Part shown: in pieces, positions 9,898 through 18,848 of the stretch | Numbering within the stretch: position 1 is the first letter of the stretch | Layout: every line of letters starts with the position of its first letter | Assembly: GCA_965206595.1 (NCBI GenBank) | Contig: OZ242214.1 | Location: 3,488,001 to 3,552,000, forward strand | Origin: Candidatus Latescibacterota bacterium | GTDB lineage: Bacteria > Latescibacterota > UBA2968 > UBA8231 | DNA: 64,000 bases | Direction: 5' to 3' | Position numbers and translations under genes: made by a program | The notes under the pieces: generated by a model | Seen by the model: the letters and a program-made list of their open reading frames with translations, nothing else | Databases searched by the model: none | Told to the model about the DNA's origin: nothing

Positions 9898-10338
9898 TCA
9901 CTCGCTGCGGCGCAATCCGAAGGCGGTCAGGGCGAGTCCGGCAAGGAAGCAGAGCGCCCCGACCGGAACCAGGAGAATGCCGATGAACGGGTCTCCGCCA
10001 TGAGTCCAGATTCCCCCGAGAAAGAACCCCAGGGGAAGAAGCAGGGCCGCGGCCATCAGCAGCGGGGAGGCCTTCGCCACGCGCTCGGCCTTGGCCTCCT
10101 CCTGGCTCCCCGCCACAAGAGCGTACAGGATGTTGACGATTGCCAGGAGGCCCCCGTGGGCGTGTGCGAGCCTCCACATCAGCCGGCGCACCTCGTTTCC
10201 GACGTCGAGGTACCACCCGACCTTGAAGCCGTGCATCGACTCCAGCGCAATCCCCAGCGTCGCGAAGAGGAGCAGGGCGAGCCATCCGAAGCGCATGTTG
10301 CGGCCGGCAATCCGCCGGGAATCTGTCGTGGTATTCAT
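9898..10338 (-). CDS. small 4-TM membrane protein with ESMHG and RLAHAHG motifs
   Basis: ATG 10338 (MNTTTDSRRIAGRN) with GAGGGG RBS, 8 bp after the cytochrome stop. Four hydrophobic segments. It is the C-terminal part of the 492-aa track ORF. Confidence 0.75.
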   Translation of the reverse strand: MNTTTDSRRIAGRNMRFGWLALLLFATLGIALESMHGFKVGWYLDVGNEVRRLMWRLAHAHGGLLAIVNILYALVAGSQEEAKAERVAKASPLLMAAALLLPLGFFLGGIWTHGGDPFIGILLVPVGALCFLAGLALTAFGLRRSE

Positions 10339-10346
10339 CCGTCCCC

Positions 10347-12221
10347 TCACTCCTGAAGATAGACCACCCGGTTGTCGCGGCGGCTCAGCAACTCCTGCAG
10401 GACGCCGATGTCGACGGCTCCGGAACGTATCAGCAGCCCCGAGACCTCGCCGGCTCCGGCCGCGGTGCGGCGCCAGGTTCTCCTCAGCTCGCCCAGGGCT
10501 GCCGCCCGCTGCCGCGGCGGGGAGTCGAACTCGTACGCCAGCGTCTCGTACTCCGGAATCGTCATCAGGGTCTGATGGGCGCGGTAGCGAACCACGTCGT
10601 ACGAGTCCTGCATCAACAGCCCCAGGAACGGCGGCATCCACCAGGAGCCGGCCGCCTCCTGTGCCTCTTCCCGGCCGAAGGCCCAGGCCATGATCCCTCG
10701 CTGCCCGGCATCCCCCCTTATGGCTAGCAGGGGACCGACGGCGACGTCCCGTTCGTCCGGGGGGATCGTCGGCTGCGGTTGGCCGTACCACTCCTCGAGG
10801 TGAGCCGCCGTCCATGCGTAGGTCCTGTCGAGGTGGCACAGATTGCAGGCGTCGGGACGCCCGGTCTCCACTGCGCCGGCGACGTTGGGCGAGGTGATGG
10901 CGTGGCTGCGAATCGCCCGCTGCTGTCCCCAGGTGGTGTGCGGCATGTGGCAGTTGATGCACTGGCTGGCAGCCGACTCGGGCGGGTGGTGCGTGTGCGC
11001 CTGCAGGTTCCCGGGCCCGTCGAATCCTGAATGGCACTGCACGCAGGCCCGGGGACCCTCCATCCGCGGCTTCAGCTGGCGGTTCGCCCAGGTCTTTGCC
11101 GGGCGGACGTCGCCGTGATCCTGGTGCATCTCGTGGCACGAGAGACAGGTCATGATGCCGCGGTCCGGGTCGCCGTGAGTGAAACAGGGGGAAACCATCA
11201 GGTCGTTGTACTCCCTGCCGGTGACGCGCACCAGGCCGTCCGCCCAGAAGTACTGCTCCCCCTCGAAGCTGACCTCGCGGAGCGGCAGCTCCCCGTCCCC
11301 TGCCCGGAACGGGGAGCCGTTCATTTTCCAGGCCGTGAAATCGGCGTCGCTCTTCGGATCGAAGACCGCGTGGCACTGGCCGCAGACCAGGGACTGGGGG
11401 CCCGGCTCCAGCCGCTTCGGGTTGACGATGGTCGGATCCGCATCATCGCTCCAGTAAAAGGCGTAGCGGCTCGCGGGAGAGCGGCGCGCCCGTACGTGCG
11501 CCTCACCGGGACCGTGGCAGGACTCGCAGGCAATCCCGAATTCCACGGCCTCCGAATCGAAGCCCTCTCCCGGAACGAGCCCGGGATTGCCGCGGGTCGA
11601 ATGGCAGAGAATGCAGGAGGCGTTCCAGAGTCCGGAGACCCCCGGCATGGGCTCGGGAGGCTTGAGAAAGACAGAACCGATGTACATCCAGCGGTCGGTG
11701 CCGATGACGTAGGCGGCATCGAGGATGCGCAGGGAGCGGTCGAAATCCCCGGCTTCGTACCAGTAAACCTGGAAATGGTGCGACCCCGTGGTCATGACGA
11801 TGCGGCGCCGGATCCACGGGCGGGAACCGGCCGGCCCGCGGGCATCGGGATCGCGGAACCCGACCCAGATTTCGTTGTTTTCGACGCTGAAGCGGTACTG
11901 TCCCGACCCGGTGGTGACGCTGAGTTCGTCGAGGGGGGTGGCGACGGTCCGGGGCGAGGCGACCTGCGTCATGGTGCGGTGCCAGGAAGCCCGCCAGGAA
12001 TCGTACTGCCCGGGATGGCAGGAACGGCAGGCCCTGGAAGAGACGAAATCCCCGGTGGCTGCCTCTATGGGGCGGTGTTGCGGTTGCGGCTGCTCCGAGA
12101 GCGGGTACGGCTTCCGGTAACCGGTGGCAATCCCCAGACAGACGATTACCGAGCCGAGAAGCGCATATCCCAGTTTCCGCTTGATCCGCCCTCCCGCATC
12201 GGAACTACGGGCTTGACCCAC
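10347..12221 (-). CDS. multiheme (octaheme) c-type cytochrome, membrane-anchored
   Basis: Eight CxxCH motifs: CRSCH, CILCH, CESCH, CGQCH, CLSCH, CVQCH, CINCH, CNLCH. N-terminal hydrophobic anchor, HEAT-like C-terminus. Confidence 0.9.
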   Translation of the reverse strand: MGQARSSDAGGRIKRKLGYALLGSVIVCLGIATGYRKPYPLSEQPQPQHRPIEAATGDFVSSRACRSCHPGQYDSWRASWHRTMTQVASPRTVATPLDELSVTTGSGQYRFSVENNEIWVGFRDPDARGPAGSRPWIRRRIVMTTGSHHFQVYWYEAGDFDRSLRILDAAYVIGTDRWMYIGSVFLKPPEPMPGVSGLWNASCILCHSTRGNPGLVPGEGFDSEAVEFGIACESCHGPGEAHVRARRSPASRYAFYWSDDADPTIVNPKRLEPGPQSLVCGQCHAVFDPKSDADFTAWKMNGSPFRAGDGELPLREVSFEGEQYFWADGLVRVTGREYNDLMVSPCFTHGDPDRGIMTCLSCHEMHQDHGDVRPAKTWANRQLKPRMEGPRACVQCHSGFDGPGNLQAHTHHPPESAASQCINCHMPHTTWGQQRAIRSHAITSPNVAGAVETGRPDACNLCHLDRTYAWTAAHLEEWYGQPQPTIPPDERDVAVGPLLAIRGDAGQRGIMAWAFGREEAQEAAGSWWMPPFLGLLMQDSYDVVRYRAHQTLMTIPEYETLAYEFDSPPRQRAAALGELRRTWRRTAAGAGEVSGLLIRSGAVDIGVLQELLSRRDNRVVYLQE

Positions 12222-12233
12222 CCCTTGACGGCA

Positions 12234-14915
12234 CTAGTAGGTGAGGGCCACCGTGCGCAGCAACTCCCGGCTGCCGACGCCGGTGTCCCCGGTGTCGGAG
12301 GCGAGCTTCAGACGCACCGCATACACACCCGGAGGCACCAGCGCCTCCGCCTCGTCGCGGCCGTCCCAGGCGACGGTGTAGCCGCCCGCGCTGACCTCCC
12401 TCCGCTCCTCCAGACGACGCACGCGACGGCCCGTCAGATCGTAGACCTCCACCGCCACCGCGGTGCTGGCACCCACCATCATCACCGTGAAATCGAGCCG
12501 CAACTCGTCGTTCACCCCGTCTCCGTTGGGAGAAAAAACCCGCGGCGAAATCGCCAGATCCCTGAACAGCAGCTTGTGCTCCGGCTGCGCCACCAGCTGC
12601 AGGGAACTGCGCGGAACCTTTTCGTCGACCCGCTGCCAGAAACCTTCCCCCTGCGAGTTGCGCAGGTGCACCTGCAGGCGGCCCCCGGCAGTCAGCAGGA
12701 TTCCCCTGAAGTCGACGCGCAACACCTCCGCTTCCGAAGCAACCGCATCGAACGCGATGTGGAGACTGTCCGGGGTGTCCGACACCATGCGTACGTTCTC
12801 CAGGCGCAAGCCGCCGGGGTCGCCCCCTTCCGCGAAGGCCGACGCCGGACCGGCGAAAACCGAATCGCGAGCAGGGTCGAAATGCACCTCCATTCCGGGA
12901 GGCGGTTTAATCAGCAGCTCGTCGAAGCTCTGCTGAAGGGAGCCGAGTTCCACCAGGAGATTGAAACCGCGTTCCACCCCGAGAGAATCGACGCGGGTCG
13001 GAACCACCAGCCCCTGCAGGCTTTGCGCCACCGGGTCCGAAAAGTTCACGCGCACCGCGTCCAGAGTTGCAAATGCCTCCTGATCACCAGACAACAGCCG
13101 CGCCCGCACCTTGAGGTACTTGCGCGGCGACGGCGAGGTGATCGCACTACCCGACGCCACTCCGTACGGCTCGCTCCACGGCTCCCAGTCGCTGCTCGCC
13201 ACCTCCTCGGGAACGATGTCCCCTTTCTGCGAGCTGATGCGGATCTTGCTGTACGCCACCTCCGTAATTTCCGTTCCATCCGCCTTGAAGTAGTGCAGCA
13301 GGGTATCGAGCGAGTTCCCGGTGCGCGTCTGCACCTCGACGCGGGTGCCGGGCTGGTGGGCGGAGTCCCACTCGATGGTGGTCAGGTTGCGGCTGCCGCC
13401 CAGCTGGATGAGACTGGAGGTCAACTCGACCCGGGGCTGGTACCCTTCTCCGTACAACTGCAGCTCACTGAGAAGCGCATCGCCGAGATTGTCGCGCGGA
13501 AGGGCTTCGAACCCGACGTCCCACTCGATGCGGAAGAACCTCGCAGTCACGCGTGGGAACTCCTCGATATTCAGGATAATGCGGCTGCGGCCGCCGTTCC
13601 TCTCGGCCACTGTCTGCCACTTGAGACCACCATCCACCTCCTTGGTGCCGTCGGAAACATCGAGGCGGTAATCGTACCACGAGGTGGCGCGGGCGACCCC
13701 CCTGCCGCCGGCCAGCCTGAATCCCTCTATCCAGAAAAACGAGCCCAGGTCGATGAACAACTCGTCCGTCAGCCGGTTGGGGTCGGCGTTGCTGAGCCTC
13801 ATCTTTTCCTGCGATTCGATGTTTCCGTCGATGAGATTCAGCGGATTCACCGAAGTGGGAGCGGAATTGACGATCACGCCGCGGCGGCGAATCACGCCGC
13901 TCGCAAGGTCGTCACCGGGACCCCAGACTTCCAGCTCGGCCAACCGCGGACGTTCCCGCCTGTAATAGCGGATTCCCCCTTTCAGGGCCTCATCCAGCCG
14001 TTCGTAGTCATCCGGGTCGAGGGTGACTTCACCGCCGTTCGACAGGCGCTTTACGTAATCGATCGCCCCGGCGTCTTCCGGCGACTCCTCCAGAAGCCGG
14101 TTGTAAGCCTCTTCGCCGATCTCCTGGCCGCGGTCGAGGTCGCTGCCGTGTACGACCACCTGAACGAACCGCACAGCCCTCTTTTCCCCGTCCAGAACGG
14201 ATCCGGCCGTTCCTCCCGAAATGCAGGAATTGTCAGGGCAGGCGGTCGTACCGACCAACTCCGGTTTCGGGTCTGACTCAGCCCGCAAGTCGGCTTCGAA
14301 CACTCGCTGGCTCTTGTTGGGCCGCAGCGTCTGGATGACCTGCCGAAAGTCCAGGCTCTTGCTCGCGGGGGCCGTCCCCGGCGCCTGGCCGTTGGAGACC
14401 AGAACGTCAAAGAGGAGAAACGGATCCCCCATACCCTCTTCGACGAACTTCAACACCATCCGGTCCGCCAACACGATGCGGCCGAGATCGATGGTGAACC
14501 ACCACTGCGTCGCCAGGCCGAAATCGCCCGACGGGATCTCCGGCTCCCAGTACGTAGTCAGGTCGCCGTCGAACAGGTTGACGACATCCTCGCGGTTGGA
14601 GACACCCTGGATCGCGTCCAGCAGGGATATCTCCGCCGGGTCTTTGCGCGCCAGCTCCTGGGGCGGATTCCAGCGCAGGTGATCGACGATGTCGAGAACC
14701 GCGTTTGTCCGCCGTCGCCAACGACGGGGGCGAAGCTCCCCGGAGGAGCTGATATCGAGTGTCCCTTCGGCGAACTCCCACTGCTCCCAATGGCTTTGCG
14801 AGTCGATAACCACCTGGTTTCCGAGAATGCTGTACCCTGGCTGCGCCGCGATTCCCGCTGGGAAGAAATGCGCCCAGATGATTGCGCCTGCGAAAAACTG
14901 ACAGAACCTTTTCAT
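12234..14915 (-). CDS. secreted protein, two discoidin-like domains plus C-terminal FlgD-Ig / gliding-motility-CTD-like domain
   Basis: Signal peptide MKRFCQFF...IAA. NLFDGDLTTYWEP, WFTIDLGR, LAELEVWG. C-terminal FSPNGDGVND, YDLTGRRVR, WDGRD, PPGVY, VALTY. Confidence 0.8.
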   Translation of the reverse strand: MKRFCQFFAGAIIWAHFFPAGIAAQPGYSILGNQVVIDSQSHWEQWEFAEGTLDISSSGELRPRRWRRRTNAVLDIVDHLRWNPPQELARKDPAEISLLDAIQGVSNREDVVNLFDGDLTTYWEPEIPSGDFGLATQWWFTIDLGRIVLADRMVLKFVEEGMGDPFLLFDVLVSNGQAPGTAPASKSLDFRQVIQTLRPNKSQRVFEADLRAESDPKPELVGTTACPDNSCISGGTAGSVLDGEKRAVRFVQVVVHGSDLDRGQEIGEEAYNRLLEESPEDAGAIDYVKRLSNGGEVTLDPDDYERLDEALKGGIRYYRRERPRLAELEVWGPGDDLASGVIRRRGVIVNSAPTSVNPLNLIDGNIESQEKMRLSNADPNRLTDELFIDLGSFFWIEGFRLAGGRGVARATSWYDYRLDVSDGTKEVDGGLKWQTVAERNGGRSRIILNIEEFPRVTARFFRIEWDVGFEALPRDNLGDALLSELQLYGEGYQPRVELTSSLIQLGGSRNLTTIEWDSAHQPGTRVEVQTRTGNSLDTLLHYFKADGTEITEVAYSKIRISSQKGDIVPEEVASSDWEPWSEPYGVASGSAITSPSPRKYLKVRARLLSGDQEAFATLDAVRVNFSDPVAQSLQGLVVPTRVDSLGVERGFNLLVELGSLQQSFDELLIKPPPGMEVHFDPARDSVFAGPASAFAEGGDPGGLRLENVRMVSDTPDSLHIAFDAVASEAEVLRVDFRGILLTAGGRLQVHLRNSQGEGFWQRVDEKVPRSSLQLVAQPEHKLLFRDLAISPRVFSPNGDGVNDELRLDFTVMMVGASTAVAVEVYDLTGRRVRRLEERREVSAGGYTVAWDGRDEAEALVPPGVYAVRLKLASDTGDTGVGSRELLRTVALTY

Positions 14916-14944
14916 CCTGTGCCTATCCTCCAGATCCATCCGGT

Positions 14945-14970
14945 TACAATCTAAATCTGTTACGATTGTA
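14945..14970. promoter_or_regulatory. inverted repeat TACAATC-N12-GATTGTA in AT-rich upstream region (candidate operator)
   Basis: Perfect 7-bp arms, 30-55 bp upstream of the 14915 start, in a locally AT-rich stretch. Confidence 0.4.
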
Positions 14971-15054
14971 CATAATCCACGGTTTGGAAAAAAGCCCGGG
15001 GCATTTCTCCTAACAAACTGAATAATAAGGGGTTGAAGCCCTGGTCAGGCGGTG

Positions 15055-16011
15055 CTGGTAGGTGAGGGCCACCAGGCGCGGCAGCTCCCGGCTGCCGACG
15101 CCGGTACCCCCGGTGTCGAAGGCGGCTTCAGGCGCACCGAGCACACACCCGGAAGCACCAACTCATCCGCCTCGTCTTGGCCGTCCCAGGGGATCGCGTA
15201 GCCGCCTGCGCTGACCTCCCGCCCCTCTTCCAGACGGCGCACGCGACGGCCCGTCAGGTGGGAAATTTCGGCGGCCACCGCCGTGCTCGCCGTTGGCCTT
15301 GTAGAAGTGCAGCAGCGTATCGAGCGTGTTCCCGGTACGCGTGCACCTCGACGCGGGTGCCGGGCTGGCGATCGGAGTCCCACTCGATGCGGAAATACCT
15401 CCCGATCACTGGTTGAAACTCATCGACACTCAGCGAAATGCGTTTGCCAAAGCCTCTGCCGATGTTTCTCTCCGCCACTGTCAGCCACTTGAGCCCCCCG
15501 TCCACCTCCTTGACCTGCGATTCGATGTTGCCGTCGATGAGATTCTGCGGATGTACGGAATTGCGGGCGCTATTGACGATCGACCCCCTGCGGCGAATTA
15601 CGCCCCTCGCCAGGTCGACGTCGCCCGTCATAATTCCGGCTCCCAGAAAGTGGTCATGTCGCCGTCGAAGGCGTTGACGACCTCCTCGAGGTTGGAGACG
15701 CCCTGGACCGCGTCGAGCAGGATAATCTTCGCCGGTGCCCTGTCGGCCAGCTCCTCGGGCGGACTCCAGCGCAAGTGATCGACGATGTCGAGAACGGCGT
15801 TTATCGGCCGGTGCCAGCGACGGGGCAGAAGCTCGCCGGAAGAGGTGATCTCCAGTGTCCCTTCGGCGAACTCCCAGATCCCCCAGTGGCTCGGCGAATT
15901 GACAACCACCTGGTTCCGCGAATGCTGTACCTTGGCTGCGCGGCTGCTTCCCCTGCGGCAAAGTGGACCCAGATGATCGCGCTTCCGGGCAAACGGACAG
16001 AACCTTTTCAT
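15055..16011 (-). pseudogene. internally deleted, frameshifted paralogue of the 12234-14915 gene
   Basis: Colinear homologous blocks: MKRFC, NAVLDIVDHLRW..FDGD.TT.WEPE, DLARGVIRRRG, KEVDGGLKW, RIEWD..PGTRVEV, LTGRRVRRLEE..WDG. Frameshifts present. The parent TAG is changed to CAG at 15055-15057. Confidence 0.9.
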
Positions 16012-16190
16012 CCCGGTCACCTCGGCGGCAAGCCTTTCGACGCAGGATCCACTCTATTTTGAGCATACTGTCTTTATTTCCAGGCTCCCAAACAGTTCGG
16101 TAGCGGAACTTCCCGGCACCTGAACTTCATGGGTTTGAAGCTGCCGCGCGGTCCCGTTCGTTCACCTCTGCCTTCCTCTGAGCCTTTGCC

Positions 16191-18815
16191 GTGATCCACA
16201 CAGCCACTGTTCTCGGGGTTTTCTTCCTTTCCGGAGTCAGCGGCCTCGTCTACCAGATTCTGTGGGTTCGGTTGTTCGGCAACGTCTTCGGAAACACGGT
16301 CCATTCCGCGGCCGCGGTGACCGCGGTGTTCATGTTCGGGCTGGGGGTTGGAAGCTACCTGATCGGCCGCTGGGGGGATCGGCTCTTCCTGTCCGATTCC
16401 AGCCGTCCGCTGCGGTTCTACGCGTACGCGGAGTTCCTGATCGGTCTCTGGTGCCTGGCGATTGCATGGGTCCTGCCCGAGCTCACCGCTCTTTCTGCCT
16501 GGGGGTCGGCCTACATCCCCGGCCAAGAAGGCTGGTTCGAGCTGTCGGGGGCATCGCACCTGCTCCGGTACGGGACCGCGGCATTCCTGCTCGCCCCGGC
16601 AACGTTGCTCATGGGCGGTACCCTGACGCTGCTGATCCGCCACCTCGTGGCACACGAGACTGGCCTCGCCGGCTGGAAAGTCGGGCTGCTCTACGGATTC
16701 AACACCCTCGGGGCTGCGGTGGGAGCCTTTCTCACCGACCTCGCTCTGGTTCCCCTCATCGGGGTCTTCAACACCGAGCTTGCCGCCGTTTCCCTCAATT
16801 GGGGAGCGGGCGCAGTGGCCCTTCTGTGTGCCCACCGCTTCTCCGGACTGCAGGCGCCCTCTCCCCCGGGAGGTGACGAACCCGAAGATACCGAGTCGTT
16901 CGGCCCCGCTTGCGGAGTCGTGGGGTTGACCGCTGTGGCGTTGTTTCTGTCGGGTTTTGCGGCGCTGGGCATGGAGATCGTCTGGTTCAGGTTGCTGATC
17001 TCCATACTGGGCGGATACCGCGCCGTCTTTTCGATCGCCCTCACCGTCATCCTGCTCGGGATCTGGCTCGGGGCTCTACTCGGGGGCGCGGCCCACCGGC
17101 GCTGGGGCAGACCGGCCCTCGCCTACGCCCTCACCCAGTCGCTGTTCGCCATCGCTGCCCTGGGGCTGGCCGCGATGTACGACTCCAGCTTCATCGTGTC
17201 TTATGCGAGCGCGGTCATGGACAGGTACGAGCAAGCGTCGGAGGCGGGACGCTGGTTGATGGACGTGTGGGCCAACTTCCGCGTCGCCCTTCTGCTCGTG
17301 GGTCCACCGGCGGTCTGTCTGGGCTTCACCTTCCCGCTCGCCAACGCCCTGGTGCAGCGTTCCCACGCTTCTGTGGGGGCGCGGGCGGGCGCCCTCTACC
17401 TCTCCAACACCGCCGGGAACGTCACGGGGGCCCTGGTGGCTGGATTCCTGTTCCTGCCGCTGTTCGGTATCCAGAACTGCTTCGCGGTTTTCGCATCCCT
17501 CTCCGTGGCAGGGATCGCGCCGCTGGTGGCGGTCGCGCGAAGGGACCGCTCCTCATCGCGCTTCGAGTGGGGGTTGTTTCTTGGCGGTCCCGCTGCGGCA
17601 GCCGCGGCCGTTGCCGCCTTTCTCGCCCTTCCGGCCGACCACATGCTTCTCCGCTCCTTCGACTTCAGCCTCGCCTCGCGCGGGGAGCGCATCCTGGCCG
17701 CGCACGAGGGGGTCAACGAAACCCTGCTGGTCAGCGAACGTGGAGAGCAGGGGCGCAGGCTGCTCACAAACGGACACCCGATGTCGTCGACCTTGCTGCT
17801 CAACCAGCGCTACATGAGGGCGGCCGCCCATGTCCCGCTGCTGATGCACGAGGAACCGGCCAGCGTCCTCAATATCGCCTTCGGGGTCGGCAACACCCTG
17901 CACGCTGCCTCGCTGCACCCCAGCGTGGAAAGACTCGAGGTCGCCGATCTTTCGCGCGGCATTCTCGAGCACGCCGGCTACTTCGCGATCTCCAACCAGG
18001 ATGTACTGAAGGATCCGCGCGTCCGCGTTTTCATCAACGATGGCAGGCAACACCTGCTCATGCAGGCGGAGGAGGCCTACGACCTCATCGCGCTCGAACC
18101 GCCGCCGATCAACATGGCGGGAACCGCCTCCTTGTACACGCGGGAATTCTACCAGTTGGCGCGCAGTCGCCTGCGCCCCGGGGGGTACATGTCGCAGTGG
18201 CTGCCTGCCCACCAGCTTCCGGCAGAAGCGACCTTCTCTCTAATCCGTGCCTTCCTCGACCTCTTTCCCGAGGCTGTGCTGCTGGGATCGCACCGCAACC
18301 TGATCCTGCTGGGAATTCGCGGTCCAGCGCTCGAGTTGGATATCGGACAGGTGGCCCGGCGTCTCGAGCAGCGTCCTGCAGTCGCCGAAGACCTCGGCTC
18401 GATCCTCATGGGCACCCCGACCGAGCTGGCCGGGACGTTCGTCGCTTCGCGCAGGACGCTGGAAAAGTTGTCGTCGCCAGTGCGGGCCCTGGTCGACGAC
18501 CGCCGGGTGAACGAGTACGCGGCGCGCTCGAACCTGCTGATCAACGTGCAGCCGCGCGAACTGTTCGACATCCGCGACGCCGCCAGCTGGTGCCCTGACT
18601 GCTTTTCCCCGCAACACGCCGCCGGGGCTCTCTCCGACCTTCCCGCCTACCTGGAAATCATGCAGGAGATCTACCGGAGCGAGGCGTTTCTCGTCGATGC
18701 GGCGCGACGGTCCGCACCCGTGCTCGTCGACCTGGAGTCGGAGCCACGCCGCCGCGCCGCCTTGCGCTCACCTTTTCTCAGAATGATGCTTCCGAAGCTG
18801 GCCGGCCGTCGCTGA
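16191..18815 (+). CDS. fused MFS-like membrane domain / spermidine synthase-like SAM-binding domain
   Basis: FFLSG.SGLVYQILW.R, LMGGTL, YGFNTLGA, second repeat LGMEIVWFR. C-terminal VLNIAFGVG, NDGR, YDLIALEPP, LYTREFY, SQWLP. Confidence 0.85.
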   Translation: MIHTATVLGVFFLSGVSGLVYQILWVRLFGNVFGNTVHSAAAVTAVFMFGLGVGSYLIGRWGDRLFLSDSSRPLRFYAYAEFLIGLWCLAIAWVLPELTALSAWGSAYIPGQEGWFELSGASHLLRYGTAAFLLAPATLLMGGTLTLLIRHLVAHETGLAGWKVGLLYGFNTLGAAVGAFLTDLALVPLIGVFNTELAAVSLNWGAGAVALLCAHRFSGLQAPSPPGGDEPEDTESFGPACGVVGLTAVALFLSGFAALGMEIVWFRLLISILGGYRAVFSIALTVILLGIWLGALLGGAAHRRWGRPALAYALTQSLFAIAALGLAAMYDSSFIVSYASAVMDRYEQASEAGRWLMDVWANFRVALLLVGPPAVCLGFTFPLANALVQRSHASVGARAGALYLSNTAGNVTGALVAGFLFLPLFGIQNCFAVFASLSVAGIAPLVAVARRDRSSSRFEWGLFLGGPAAAAAAVAAFLALPADHMLLRSFDFSLASRGERILAAHEGVNETLLVSERGEQGRRLLTNGHPMSSTLLLNQRYMRAAAHVPLLMHEEPASVLNIAFGVGNTLHAASLHPSVERLEVADLSRGILEHAGYFAISNQDVLKDPRVRVFINDGRQHLLMQAEEAYDLIALEPPPINMAGTASLYTREFYQLARSRLRPGGYMSQWLPAHQLPAEATFSLIRAFLDLFPEAVLLGSHRNLILLGIRGPALELDIGQVARRLEQRPAVAEDLGSILMGTPTELAGTFVASRRTLEKLSSPVRALVDDRRVNEYAARSNLLINVQPRELFDIRDAASWCPDCFSPQHAAGALSDLPAYLEIMQEIYRSEAFLVDAARRSAPVLVDLESEPRRRAALRSPFLRMMLPKLAGRR

Positions 18816-18848
18816 AAGCAGGGCGTCGCCGCATCGGCGAGACTCCTG

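Noticed and set aside
10347-12221. NrfA nitrite reductase or hydroxylamine oxidoreductase assignment
   Set aside because: No CxxCK motif and no supporting pathway genes. Only a generic multiheme call is supported.
11031-14276. 1081-aa plus-strand ORF
   Set aside because: Antisense shadow of well-supported minus-strand genes. Stop depletion is expected in high-GC DNA and there are no family motifs.
15055-16011. Diversity-generating retroelement template repeat
   Set aside because: No reverse transcriptase in the window. Differences from the parent are not adenine-specific and include large deletions.
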